Position numbers and translations under genes: made by a program. Under the pieces are notes generated by a model. It did no database searches, had not been told where the DNA came from, and was given only the letters and a program-made list of their open reading frames with translations. A stretch of DNA of 64,000 bases from the human T2T-CHM13v2.0 reference genome, Homo sapiens, in assembly GCF_009914755.1 (NCBI RefSeq), contig NC_060946.1, one strand, 5' to 3'. Below are positions 35,163 to 62,002 of this stretch, one piece after another. How positions within the stretch are numbered: the first letter of the stretch is position 1; each line of letters starts with the position of its first letter.

Positions 35163-35790
35163 AGGTTAGTGCACTTCTGTGAGCCTGAGTGTCCTCCTTG
35201 AAACGGTGACAATAATATACCAGGCCTCTTAAGATCACTCATTCAACACATACTGGAGAGTCTACTGTGTCAGGCATTGTTCTAGGATATTGTTAGGATT
35301 CAGTGGTACCCAGCAAGGACTCAGTAAATTCCAGCTACTGTTCCTATTAGGTCGCCAATATAAATGCTTGATGAGTGAATGAATGACTTCCGTCTGGGAC
35401 TTGGTTGCAAATAAAGCCGAGCTGCATCTTAGGGAGGGGTGGAGACTTTGCCCCTGTTTGTGCCTTGAAGCCAGCAGGGCCTTGCCCTAGGATACCTCCA
35501 CCCACCCTCCTGCCCAGCAAGTGGAGGTGAGGGGCGTGGCCTGGGGCTCTCCGGGAGGTCATGGTCATTGGGTCACTCGGAGCTTGTGTTTATATGAGGC
35601 CTGGCAGAGGGAGGCCCCTGGCTACCCACCTTTGTGCCCGGGTTCACCACCACTGGTTTCTGCGTTCCCTGGACTCTGCCCTGCACGGGCCGCACCTCCC
35701 CCGCCGGCCCTCGCCCATGCTCCAGCCCCAGCCCTAGCCCCAACAGCGGCCTCTCCCTGCTTCCCTTCTGACATCCTCCCTGTCGCCCAG

Positions 35791-36409
35791 GCCCGCAGCC
35801 CGAGTGTCGCCGCCATGGCTTCGCCGCAGCTCTGCCGCGCGCTGGTGTCGGCGCAATGGGTGGCGGAGGCGCTGCGGGCCCCGCGCGCTGGGCAGCCTCT
35901 GCAGCTGCTGGACGCCTCCTGGTACCTGCCGAAGCTGGGGCGCGACGCGCGACGCGAGTTCGAGGAGCGCCACATCCCGGGCGCCGCTTTCTTCGACATC
36001 GACCAGTGCAGCGACCGCACCTCGCCCTACGACCACATGCTGCCCGGGGCCGAGCATTTCGCGGAGTACGCAGGCCGCCTGGGCGTGGGCGCGGCCACCC
36101 ACGTCGTGATCTACGACGCCAGCGACCAGGGCCTCTACTCCGCCCCGCGCGTCTGGTGGATGTTCCGCGCCTTCGGCCACCACGCCGTGTCACTGCTTGA
36201 TGGCGGCCTCCGCCACTGGCTGCGCCAGAACCTCCCGCTCAGCTCCGGCAAGAGCCAACCTGCTCCCGCCGAGTTCCGCGCTCAGCTCGACCCCGCCTTC
36301 ATCAAGACCTACGAGGACATCAAGGAGAACCTGGAATCCCGGCGCTTCCAGGTGGTGGACTCCCGAGCCACTGGCAGGTTCCGCGGCACCGAGCCCGAGC
36401 CCCGAGACG
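35791..36409 (+). CDS. MPST: 3-mercaptopyruvate sulfurtransferase exon 2 (ARSPSVAA then short-isoform ATG at 35815: MASPQLCRAL...EPEPRD(G))
   Basis: Acceptor TCGCCCAG| at 35791, GCCGCCATGG Kozak, donor G|GTAACG after 36409; Asp63 and His74 present; exon is CpG-island-like. Confidence 0.98.
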
Positions 36410-36482
36410 GTAACGCGGGGGAAGGGGGCAGGAGGTCGTCGGGGGCGCGGCCTCTACGCCCTGAGCAGTGCCCTGGACTTGA

Positions 36483-36697
<215 letters not shown>

Positions 36698-38405
36698 GAC
36701 CTTGCCTTTAAAGGCCACTGCATGAGGTGGGGAAGGAGATTTGACTTCCACTTGCCTCGGTGACTTTGTCTGTTAAGCAGAACCATAATACTGGCCCTTC
36801 CCCTCCTGTGCTTTGGGCAGTGACTCTCCCTAGCTCATTGGGAACCCTGGTTGCCCAAACAGCTCTCAATCCAACACTAGAGGTGTGGGGGGTCACTGTG
36901 GAATGTTGGGGGGCAGGCCCCAGTATGAGAGAAAAACCCAGAGGGATGGTCCTGATCAGGGCTACCCATGCCCCTGAGGATGGTGGAATGAAGGCAGAGT
37001 CGGGGGCTGCATAAAGGAAAGTCTCTTCCAGGGACCAAAGCTTGGAGAACTGAGGGTGGAAGGGGGATTAAACAGAAGTGGGTAGGGCAGAGCCTTCTGC
37101 CTGTGGGCTGGATTTCCTCAGGCAAGAAGCCTGTGGGTAAGCTCTGTATAATGCGAGGAGGAGTCCCCACAAAGCAGGCTGGTCAGTGGTCACGCTAGTG
37201 TGAGTCTTTCAAACATCCCGTGTAAGTAGATACTGTCATTGCACAGAGGAGGAAATGGAACCTGGCCCAAGGTCTCAAGAAACAACCCAGCCGGGATTCA
37301 GACTCGGCAGCCTGCGCACTTAACAGCCGTGAGCAACCAGGAACTCCCCAGCCCTTTCTCTTGTGCCTTCAAGAGTGCAAGAAACTGACCACTGCCCCTA
37401 GAGAGCTCTCTGAAGAGCATTCCCATGGCTACAGATTGGGTTTGGAGCCGCTTGGGCTCACCATGGGCCAGCATTGTTTTGGATGGCCTGAGGGCAAGGA
37501 CTGTCCCTGCTCTTCATGCATCCTGAAGATTAGCTCAGTACCTGGCACAGAGTCGATGTTCCAGAGAGGTTTGGTGAATACAGAAGGTCCCTGTTGCATG
37601 GAATCCTGCAAAGCAATGTTGGTGTTACCGGAACCATAGGAAACAGCTGATATCCAACCATTTTTGAACCTACACAGGTGTCAGTTTCATGTGGTTCAGC
37701 CTAATGAGAGCACCACCTTAATCCTGTTGGGTTCTCCATCTCAGCCCCAGGGGAATGAGCAACACAGGGGAGCTAGCTGGTGGTGCCAGACTGGGGTTCA
37801 GATCCCTGCCACATTTACATGGGCTTTGTGACACACGACGGGTCATCTAATGTCTCTGAACTGCAGCTTCTGCCTATGTAGAATGGGAGCAGTAACACAG
37901 AGCATAAAGACATGATAGGGGCAAGGAGAGCAAGTGTGTAAAGCACTCAGCTCCGGGTTTTCATGCACAAGTGTGCTGCACACTTGTGCCTGACACTTAT
38001 TCAGTCGCACTAGCTCATCTATAGAATGGGAGGTGATACACGCCTAGCAGGCTTGTTGTCAAAACAAACTAAGCTCACTGCAGCTGGATCAGTGATGAAT
38101 GTCACTGTCGTCATCATTCCCACTCCACAGCCTGAGGCCTGGCCAAGTGCTCCTGTGATGTGCCACACCAGTCCAGCAGGCAGGGGAAACATGCTTTGCT
38201 TGGTGGGATTCAAGGTGTAGGGATGGCCCTCCCTTTACAGTCACCACCCTGGGTTGAGAGTTTGTTCCTCCTCCTTGCTCTGGGCTGGTCTCTATGTGAT
38301 ATCTGACCAAGCCCGGTAACTGTGTCTGTTAGGTGGGATGCATGACCCATTCCAGCCTCTCCACAGACTCGGGAGTGCTGTCTCTATGCCAGGGTCTGAG
38401 AATAG

Positions 38406-40404
<1,999 letters not shown>

Positions 40405-40814
40405 TTATGCTTGTAATTATTCAGTTGCCTGTCTGCCCTGCCAGATTAAAGCTCCTTGCCTGCAGGTACTGCACGTTCTAGCTAGGCAGGGGTCTTGTTT
40501 ATTGCTTTGCTGTCCCTAGGGTGCATAGTCAGGAAACCTTGGGGCCCAGTTCTTAGGTTCAAAGTTCAGTCAGCAATTTGCTAGATGTGTTAGCCTCAGG
40601 TGGTACTTAACCTCAGCATCACCGTGTATAAAATGGGGGCTCCTCTAAACAGTGCTCAGGTTTTATGGTTGTGAGAATTAAATGAGATGGTGGATATAAA
40701 GGATTTAGCACCATGCTTGCATGGGATGCTCTCAATATCTCGAGCACCACAAATACGAGGTACCATTCATAGCATCCTTCTATTTGTCCCCTCCTCCCTG
40801 CTCCCCTGCTGTAG

Positions 40815-41113
40815 GCATTGAACCTGGCCACATCCCAGGTACCGTGAACATCCCCTTCACAGACTTCCTGAGCCAGGAGGGGCTGGAGAAGAGCCCTGAG
40901 GAGATCCGCCATCTGTTCCAGGAGAAGAAAGTGGACCTGTCTAAGCCACTGGTGGCCACGTGTGGCTCTGGCGTCACAGCCTGCCACGTGGCACTAGGGG
41001 CCTACCTCTGCGGCAAGCCAGACGTGCCCATCTACGATGGCTCCTGGGTGGAGTGGTACATGCGCGCCCGGCCCGAGGATGTCATCTCAGAGGGCCGGGG
41101 GAAGACCCACTGA
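40815..41113 (+). CDS. MPST: 3-mercaptopyruvate sulfurtransferase last coding exon with catalytic loop CGSGVT (Cys248, 40961-40978)
   Basis: Acceptor GCTGTAG| at 40815, 299 nt, TGA 41111-41113; YDGSWVEW motif. Confidence 0.98.
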
Positions 41114-41392
41114 AGCTGGGCAGGACACAGGCGAGCTCAGGTGATGCCGGCCACCAGCAATGCCTGGCCTGGTAGCTCCGCTTCTGCTTTCACCAAGAGA
41201 GTGTTTCTTCACTCAACTCAGGTGGCATTTGGGGTGACATCTCAAAGGCCAGGAATTCCGTTGACTTGTTGGCTGCCAGTAGGGGCGGGAGGAAAGGCGG
41301 AGGCGAGCCCTGGAGGAGGGAGGCCACAACTCCGAGCTGCCCACCTGGTGCTGAGCTGGGGCCCCGCCTCCTTTCTGTTTTATTTTTGAGGA

Positions 41393-41398
41393 AATAAA
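41393..41398 (+). terminator. MPST: MPST polyadenylation signal AATAAA
   Basis: First AATAAA after the stop (~280 nt), preceded by a U-rich element. Confidence 0.85.
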
Positions 41399-42519
41399 AT
41401 AACCAAGTGCTAAATCTTGTAGCTCTGGGGCTGCCTCGGTTTTCCTAAGGAGCCAGGGGTTCTGTCATGCCCAGCAAAGGTCACTCTGGGGAGCCTGAGG
41501 GTCTTGGAGATCCTGTCTCTGCCTTCCAAGCAGTGCTGGGGCCCCAGAGCTCCCCACTTCTGTGACTGAGCTAGCCCCTAGCAAGCTGTCCCTCACCCCA
41601 TAATCCTGGGCGTTCTCCCTTCTGGCATCTGGGCTATTTAAGGTGAATTTTGCTGTGACATGTCTGTGGTCCCACCCAAAGCTACTCTCCCACCACCTGC
41701 CCTTCTAGCAGGTAAATAGTACATCTCATTTCCAGAAGAAGATGGGGCCAGAGCTTAACAGAAGCCTGTGCCATGCCAAGGAGGAATGTCCCAGCCCAGC
41801 TGGGATGTTCTAGGGAAGGGCTAAGCTGAGCTGAATTGGAGGAGAACCTGGCTCTAAACTCTGGAAGCTCACACTTGGGGGCTGGTCTGTGGAATTCCCG
41901 GAGTGGGTGGACCCAGGGAGTTTGATTCTTTCTGCTCAAAGAGAACATCTCTCCCCATTTCCCAAGGGTAGGGGTTCCATCCTCCTTGCCCGGGATTTAT
42001 CCTTTGTGCAGAGGTGGACGTAGGTGTCTGAGAAGGCCCCAAACTCCCCCCTGCCCATCACGACCTGGATTGCCCCTCCCCGTCTTTCCAGCCCTCAGGC
42101 ACCATCTCAGCAGCGCAGGGGCAGTGTCCTGCCAGGCGGTACTGGGGAGAGCTCGAAGTTATCTTATTGGCCCTTCCTTTGGAAACGAGACCAGAGAGGG
42201 GCAGTGACTTACCAAGGCCACACTGAATTTATGAAGAGCCAGGGCCAGATCCAGATTCCCTGACTCAGTTTATTCCTCTTTTCACCTGACTGTATCCCCT
42301 CAACTTCCCCCTGATGCTGAGTCATTTCCCAAGTCCGCAGGGACGGGAGAAATCGACACAGCCTAGAATCTTGGTTTTCCAAGTAAGAGCTCTAAAGTAA
42401 CTCCCAACCTCTCGGAGCCTCAGTTTCCTCCCCTAAAACATGGGAATCGTGTACTTCCGAAGAAGAAACTCAGATGAGAGCCCTTCCAAGAGTCCACTGC
42501 AGAGTCCCCGTTTTCCACA

Positions 42520-42730
42520 CCGGGGGTTCTCAGCCTCAGTGCTGCTGACATTTACACTGAATGATTCCTTGTCATGGGGGCCGTCCTGTGTGCTGGGGGA
42601 TGCTTGGCCGCGTTTCTGGCCTCTGCCCACTAGATGCCAGTAACACTGCCCAGTTATGACAACTGAAAGTCTCCAGATGTGGCCGGATGTCCCCTGGGGG
42701 GCAAAAATCACCCCCAGTCAAGAACCACTG
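42520..42730. mobile_element. MER20 hAT DNA transposon
   Basis: GGTTCTCAGCC...TGGCCTCTGCCCACTAGATGCCAG...GGCAAAAATCACCCCCAGTCAAGAACCACTG matches MER20. Confidence 0.85.
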
Positions 42731-43008
42731 CCCTAGGGGCAAATAACACAATTGACCACTGCAGTCAGGAACAGTGTAGACAGGGAACCCCAACATGGAG
42801 GGGCTCCCCGACTCCCCATCATAAGCACCTTCTCCCAGAAGTGGAAGTGAGGCAGTTTAGACACTCCCCCCTTTCTGGCCGGTCTCAGACAAGCTTTAGT
42901 TTTCCTTCCTGGAATGGCTCTGCCACTTTGAGGAGACAAGTTTGTCTGCAAACATGTGAGGTTCTGATCCAGCTTCCAGTCCCAACCACTCCACACAAGG
43001 CAGCCTGA

Positions 43009-43798
<790 letters not shown>

Positions 43799-46068
43799 TC
43801 AGCATGTTAAGTGCCTTCTGCACTTCCGGCATTGGAGGAGAGAGAGTGACAAATAGAATTGTGTCCCAGCCCTCTCAAAGCTTCCAAACTAGGGAGGAGA
43901 AACTAGTCTTTTAGAGTACATTTCCAGAGAGAAGGGGGTGCTGTGAAATGATCTATTTCACAACAGACTAATTTTACAGGTGGGAAAACAAGCTCAGAGA
44001 GGTTCAGTGATTTGCCTCAGGGCACACAGCTAGTTTGCTAGAGGAACCTAACTGGAGTTAGAATTCTCCAGGGGAGGAGTTTCTCCAGCGGATCTTGCCT
44101 GCCATGGTTTTCCAGATTCCAGGATCAAGGTGAGAACAGAAACGCATGAGAAGCTCGGGGAAGATGGCCACGTGTTTCTCAGCTCCACAGGGAAACCTTG
44201 AGCAGTGGAATTTAACCAATGGGTTTGGGTTAGGCGCCCTTCCCCTACCCTAGTCCAACCTGCAGCAAGGAAACCAAGGCTGATTCCAGCCCGGGCTTTT
44301 TTCTCCTGGGAAGGTCCTCCTTGGGTCTGGACAGGCTCGGAGGTGACCTGCCTAGAGGTGGGCGATCTAGCCGCACCTTTCTAGGACTACAGAGCTTCAG
44401 TTTAACTTTGCAGGAGTTTGTTAGGAATGAACTAGACACGCACCCTCCGCCCAGCTCCGTCCCGCCTCCTGCAAGCCTGAACTCTTAGAATAATTAACCA
44501 CTGACTGCAGGATCCTGGCCTCTGCCAGGGCCCGCCCTACCCAACCTGTGTGTTCGAGGCAGGAACTTGCAACACTGAGCAACAAGAATGATGAAATTTT
44601 TATCCACTTGGCAAATATTTGCTCGGCGCCCCCTCTGTGTCAGGAACAGTTGGAAATGCGTTTCCCAACCTTGCCTAACCAGCTGCTCTGGAATGTTTTC
44701 CACTTCCTGGGTCATTGCCTCCAGAGATCAAAGCCCCCATCCACACAGTGGGCTGAATATGGATCCATGCAGCGATCTGGTCCTGGTGCTGTGGAATCAG
44801 CTTTGCACAAGGCCCCAGAAGGTCTGCGTTCCAGAGCCTTCCTGTTGGGGCCTCAGTCTTCTCATCTGAAAAATGGGAGCAAACTCAGTTCTGCCATGCC
44901 CAGTGTGGGTGTGATGTCACATCAGGTAAGGCTCAAAATGAAGTCAGGTGTCACACCTACTGGAATAACCTCAGCTCTATAAGCACAATGGAGCTTTATT
45001 ATCCTTAACTCATGGAGGATGAATCACTTGGGGGAAGATGAAATGTTGAAATATTCAGGTTAACGGAAAGTGTTATTTTAAGCACCTAAATTTTTTGCCT
45101 ATTAACCTAGTAGGGGTGGAACTTGGTAGGCTGATCTTGCCTGAACTTCTGGGGGCTTTGTTTGATCCCTTGATTGCACAGCGATACCTGCAGGGGCTCC
45201 TTGCCCCTCAACTGTCAGGATGTTGAGGTCTTCAGGTCCTCGATACTGAATCCTAGCTGACTGCCCTTCTGGTTTCCCGTCTGTGTTCTCTGGAGTCTCC
45301 CTCGGCCTGCTTCGAGGCGGGCCCGCTCTCTAGATAATGCTGCCATTCGGATGGTTTCAACGACTGTGCTGAGCCAGTGACTCTGGAATCGGGGCCTCCC
45401 GCAACTCGATTCCTCCTGAACTCAGATCCCTGAGTCATGGCCTCCCAGCCCCAAGCCTGCTCCTCCACCTGTGTCCCCTGTCTCAGTGTGCACGGTCACC
45501 ACTTGTGGGTCACCCAGGCCCACACCTGGCAGCAAGTGATCTGAGACTCTGTCCCACTTACCTACAGCCGGTCAGACCTCCACCTCTACTCCCATTGCCT
45601 TTGTCCAAGTCCCCCACTCAGCCCGCACCCAGCACTCAGCCTGTCTCCTCCATTCATTCCAGGGTACTTCCTAGGGACAGGCCCTGTGGCAGGATCTGGG
45701 GGCATGGAGGATAAAGACCAGCCCTGAGAGGGGGCATTCGCCCCATGGGGAGGGACAGACATGGATCCTGGCAACAGCGTGGCGAGGAGTATCTGAGAAG
45801 TGGAAACACAGAGAACCGCCATGGGTTGGGGGGCTGGTTCTGGGTCTGAGAGGCACCTCCACACCCACGCATAGTCCCTTTTATGAATTCCCTGGACTGT
45901 GCCCTCTTGCTCCAGGGAGAGCTGCAGCAGGGGACGGTTCAAAGGGCAGCCTCCGGAGCACCCTGACCTCCAACTCCCTGGCCGTGAGTGTGGGCAGAGG
46001 GGCCTGGATTTCCTCATCTGAGACGTGGCAATAATCCACTTTATAGGATTGCTGTGAGGATGAAGTGA

Positions 46069-46569
<501 letters not shown>

Positions 46570-46583
46570 TGACATGGATGGGG

Positions 46584-47187
46584 GGTTAGGGGCTCAGAAA
46601 GCGTTGCCCTAAAATATGGCGCTCTGACATGAAGCAGCCTCAAGGTCTATCTGACCTCCCTGCCTCCTTCTCTGAATCCTCTGTCTCTCTCAAAGTGCAG
46701 GATGACGCTGTTCTCTGAAGTTTCTTTATCTGCCTAGAAACGGGACCTGCCAAAGGGGAACACAATTACCTTCCCTGGAATATCATTAGCTAGAGGTTAA
46801 AACTCATATCCTAGAGGATATGAGACTGAACATTAAACACCACACCTACAGCCCAGATAAACTTCATCCCAAACCATTATCTGCTCTCTTTCCCTTTCAA
46901 TGTCCAAAGAAATTATTAATTATCATCTGGACGCTGGACTCATTCATTTCCCCCCTAAAAACCATTGACTGTCCTTCAAATTGCCACGTGTCCCCCATCT
47001 CTCCTTCCCCCGTGAAGAAGGGCGCATGCACCTGTACCCCACTGGGTTATTGGGTAACTTCTGTGATTCCCTCATGCTCTGCACGTTGAAATAAATTTTG
47101 TCTTTTCTCCAATTAATCTTCCTTTTGTCTGTTGATTTTCAGCGAGCCTTCACGAGGAGAAAGGGAAGCTTTCCCTTTGTCTCTGCA
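46584..47187 (+). mobile_element. ERV1 solo LTR, MER39/MER34-like
   Basis: Start GGGGCTCAGAAA..CCTAAAATATGGCGCT, internal AATAAA ~47090, end TTTTCAGCGAGCCTTCA...GGGAAGCTTTCCCTT...CA. Confidence 0.75.
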
Positions 47188-47360
47188 GGGGCCAATGAAT
47201 GTTTAATATTACACAAGTACACTCTCAGGGCTGAGAGGCACCTTAATAACCCCTCCTGTTTACTGTTTCCATGTGCCAGAGAGGATGCTAAGTGCTTTGC
47301 CTCCATTTACTCTAACCACTCCGAGAAACAGGTGTTATTATCCTCCATAAGTCAGGTGAT

Positions 47361-48565
<1,205 letters not shown>

Positions 48566-49860
48566 GAAAGCATGTGAATATGAATTTTATTCACTTCAGC
48601 TTATTCCTTTTCTTGAGGTGCCTTTCTCACCTTCTGCAAAGTGGCAGGTAAATGCCCCTCCTGTAACCTGCAGAAAGCGAATTAGGGGAGAAATTCAGTA
48701 CCAGGCTGTGCTTGCTTTTCCAATGACTGGAGCTACACATGCAGCTCCGGAAGTGGGAATAAGGAGCTGTGCATCATTCTAGGTAGGAGAGATGCATGAT
48801 GGGCAGGGACAGGCAGAAACCACTAGAGACAAGAGCCGCTGTGGGCTGGCTGGGAGCTCCGGGCCAGGAGGAGCATCTGTAAGAGCAGAGCAGAGCCGCC
48901 GAGGGTGGTATGGGTCCTTCGGTGTGCCCACCCTCATGTTACCTGCTTGTTCACCACGCCCCTGGCTCTGAGACATTTCTGGCTGCCTGGTTGCCCTTCC
49001 TCAGCCCTGTACTCATGTCTAGCCTCTGCCATCTTGACTCAATGACCCTTGGCATGCCCCATTGAAGTGTCTGCTCTGGCCTTGCCAGCTCCCACCTGGA
49101 TTGGCACATCAGCCTCCCAAACCCTCCCAAGCTATCCTCTTCCTCCTTATCTATTGTGTGGGCCATGCCAAGAGCCAGGCTGAAGCAGGCAGCGGGGAAA
49201 AGAGAAACCAGGCGGGGAGGGGACGCGTGTGACTGTGCAGGGAGGACTGCAAGACCCTGCATGGAGGCTTCGCCAGTGTTCGGCCAGTGGTCAGCTGAGG
49301 CGCTTGGCATGGGGCTTGGGCCCCTGGGGTCGGAAATAGGGCAGGATGGTCAACCTGAGGCGAATAGAAAGAGGTTTTGGAACTGAGGTCCTTCCAGTGC
49401 AGCCCTGGAGGGTGGAAACAGGAAGGAGAGCGGGAGACAGAGCCTGGGAGCAGGGGTGGGGTGGGAAGCCGCCAGGAGCCAAGGGAGGAGGGGGCAAGCC
49501 CCAGAGGCTGCAGCTGTCCTGGCCTTGCCATTGCACAGGAGGTGCGAATACGTTAGGCTGGCTGGCAGATTCAGCGTTGGGGAAACAATTGCAATAGAAA
49601 GTGAGGCTGAGTATCATTACACTAAGTCACCCGCTTGCCGTTCGAGGACTGCAGAGTCCAAATGGGAGTTGCAGGAACTGGGCTCTGATTTATCATCACA
49701 CTCAATCATTTATGTTCCAACCGATTCTGCTGCCTTTAAAAAAAAATTGGCCATAAGAAATATTTATTAAAGACCCAAAAATAAAATAGCAGAATAGGCA
49801 ATTAGAGAAAGCTGTGAATTCATGATTTCTAAATAACTGGTTTTAAAAAAATAAATTATT

Positions 49861-54525
<4,665 letters not shown>

Positions 54526-55285
54526 TGACCCCACATTCTAAAACAAGGTGAGGTGCTGGACTCTCGAAAGCATTTCTTGCTACTGAGGTGGTTAAGAGCT
54601 AGTCGTAGAACCCTACGACCACCCCCTGACCCGCACCTCTCCTGCCCCCGGCAGAGATAGGAGAGCTGCCACCAGGAGCAGCAGGAAGGTAGAGGATGCT
54701 TTCTCTGGTGGCAGATGTTGGGGTGCTGTCCCATGGAGGAGGTGCATGGGGTGCCTCCCCTCTCCACAGGCTGAGTGAGAGGGCTTCAAGGAGGCCATCT
54801 GCGGAGCTTCACCCATGTGTCCTGGATTCTGGGGGTCTCAGAGGCTGGGTGGGCCCTTGCCTGGAAAAGCCTGCATCCTGCCAGCTGCTCCTTGCTGGGG
54901 TCAGGAGGCACATGTGCTGTGAGTCTTGTCAGGGTGGGGCCTGCCTGCAGGCTTTTCTGGGCCCAGCTGAGAGCTGGCCGAAAGGAGATGGCTTGGAGCT
55001 GTCCAGATGGGGAGTTGGTGCATGAGTGCACAGAGGCTGGAAGCGGGGTTGGGGAGTGGGTGGACGGTGGAACCCAGGAAGCTGATCCTTGGGGAGCATC
55101 CCAAGGGGCGAACCAGAGAAGACACTGCCCAGGAAGAGACCTGTAGTAGGAGCTACTCCCAGCAATGGGGGCACCAAAGAACCCTCAAAACAACCTGCCA
55201 GAAAACAAGGAGCCAGCTTGAAACATCTGCTCCGGCCACAGCAAAGCCACACCAGAGAACAAAGGACGCCAGGCAAGGAAAACCT

Positions 55286-56107
55286 TTCCTGCCCTTCCTT
55301 CTACCTGCATCCCCACTCCCTCGAGGGAGGAAACAGAGGGGGGATCAAAGGGTAGAAGGAGCTGGAGGACAGGCTGGGGCCAGAGCAGCACAGAGCACTC
55401 CTTGGGCTCCTCCTCTGTAAAGTGAGATCACGGCCACATCTCCCTGTTGGGTTACGATTAAAAGAGATCATCCACAAAAGTGCTTGGTGCAGTCCCTGGC
55501 ACACGGAAGTACTCATAAACGTCCCTCTGGCAGCAGGGGCAGAGTCCACGGGGCCCAGGGGGACAGACGGTAGGTCCCTGGTTCTGTGCCATCAAGCTGT
55601 GGAATTACATGCATTGGAGCCAAGCAGACGTTGAGGCAGGAGAGGGGAGTCCTGGGGAGGGGAGGCTGGTGAGAGGCCGGCTGCCATGGCCTCAGTCCCA
55701 AGAGCTGAGCTTCTGCAAAAGGAATCAGCAGTAGCAGACACATAGGCAGGCAGGTGCTCTGGGGCTGCTGTCCAAGACACTCCCCAAGGACCTCAGCAGG
55801 CAGGCGCACCCCCTGCTGGTGAAGAGGAGTCTCCAGCCACTCTCCCGCCCAGTCAGGTCAGGCTGGGAGCGCGCTGAGCCCCACCCTGCTGGCTGAAGGG
55901 AGCCGAGCCCGGGGCCCAGGTGGTCCAGCAGGGACCCAAGGGGCCAGCATCACTGCCGCCCCCACTGCATCTTTGTGCAAATTAGAGAAGGCACCCTTTC
56001 CTCCAGACATTCCTGCCCTTCCTTCTACCCGCATCCCCACTCCCACCAGGGAGGAAACAGAGACGGGGTGGAGGGTAGAAGGAGCTGGAGGAGAGGCTGG
56101 GGCCAGA
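55286..56107 (+). repeat. Two ~99-bp direct copies (55286-55384 and 56010-56107)
   Basis: TTCCTGCCCTTCCTTCTACC.GCATCCCCACTCCC...GGGTAGAAGGAGCTGGAGGA.AGGCTGGGGCCAGA in both. Confidence 0.9.
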
Positions 56108-57418
56108 CATTTCCAAACCTGTCACAAGTGCTGAGCTTTAGACTTTCAGAAACGAAGGAGACAGGGACTCTCCCCTGGAAGAGCTCACAGAGAGGGCCTG
56201 TAATGTCTGCAGACTCCAGGGTCACCGTCATATCATGAAAGGGTTGTCAAATATTCAGGTCTATGGACCCATATCTAGCCTCTCTGAGAATGATGCTTCC
56301 AGCCCAGGACCTAACACATAATAGATGCTCGGTGATAATGGCTAATATTCACTGTGTGCAATAGCACTAATAAGCATGAATTACATTACAATGTAAATAT
56401 TGCAAACGGTTTGAAGAGGTTGCATAACTAACTAACAAGGTGTCATGAGTCAGGGTCCCAACCCGGAGTAGAGATTCAAACCCTGGGCCGTGGGCCTCTG
56501 GAAGCCTGATCTCATGTACCCATAGCTCTGGCTGGTCAGGAAACACTCTCTCTGATCGGATATGCCCGTTTCTCTCCTCAAGTGACCTGAAAAGGTGCAG
56601 AGGCTCAAAACCAAACACCCCCACATCAAGGATAAGTAACAGAATTGGCCCCAGGCAGTGATAGGATTGGATTTGACATAAAGAACAGAAAATGGCTGAT
56701 CAGAATGTTCTGATGTGCTCAATCTGGGGAAGAGAACTGAAACCAAAAACCCAGCAGGGATGAATGACGTCTTAGTCATGGAACTGACAGGAGCTGTGAA
56801 ACAGGCCACTCAGAAGTGAGGCAGAGACTGCTGCTAAGCTGAGAAGGTTCAAAACAGGACTCAGTGATGCGCTCAGGTGAGAACTTCAGGATGTATCTTG
56901 TGTTCTTTCAGCTCTATCTGGAGCAGAAAAAAAAAAAAAAACTCCTGGGCCATTCTAGGTCACAGAGGGGTGGGGGGGGTGACATGAGGAAATGACAGCC
57001 AGCCTGCTCTGGAGCTGGGGTCATCTAGGGTGGCCTTTCTCTCTACCTTTCCCTCCAACCCCAGGAAGGGGGAGTTGGTGGGCTTGGTTCTTCCCTGACC
57101 AAAGAGAAATGGATGTTTAAGGGGCAGCCTTTGCATCAGGCACTGATCTTGGGTCCAGGCAATGATAGACAGGGTGGCAGGACTGGCTTCACCAAAGCCA
57201 GCGTTCCCTGGTCTTCACACAGGTGGCCTGGCGAGTGCCCTCCACCTGCTAGCTCTTTAAATCCTCACAACAGCTGCAAGAGGTAAGCACTATTACTGTT
57301 CTTAATTTAGAAATGGGGAAACTGAGGTTCAGAGAGGTTAAATGACTTTGAAAAGTTACCCAACTGATAAACCACGAAGCCTTGGCTAGCATCCTTGTCT
57401 GGGGGCCTGTACCCCTTA

Positions 57419-62002
<4,584 letters not shown>

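Noticed and set aside
35573-36200. Overlapping antisense and alternate-frame ORFs on MPST exon 2 (and similar ones on the TST exons)
   Set aside because: Shadow ORFs caused by high GC3 codon usage
44621-44640. CTCF-like AGGGGGCGCC on the minus strand
   Set aside because: The 5' half of the motif matches poorly
45253-45468. Possible relic coding exon on the minus strand
   Set aside because: All frames stop quickly and I recognise no protein family
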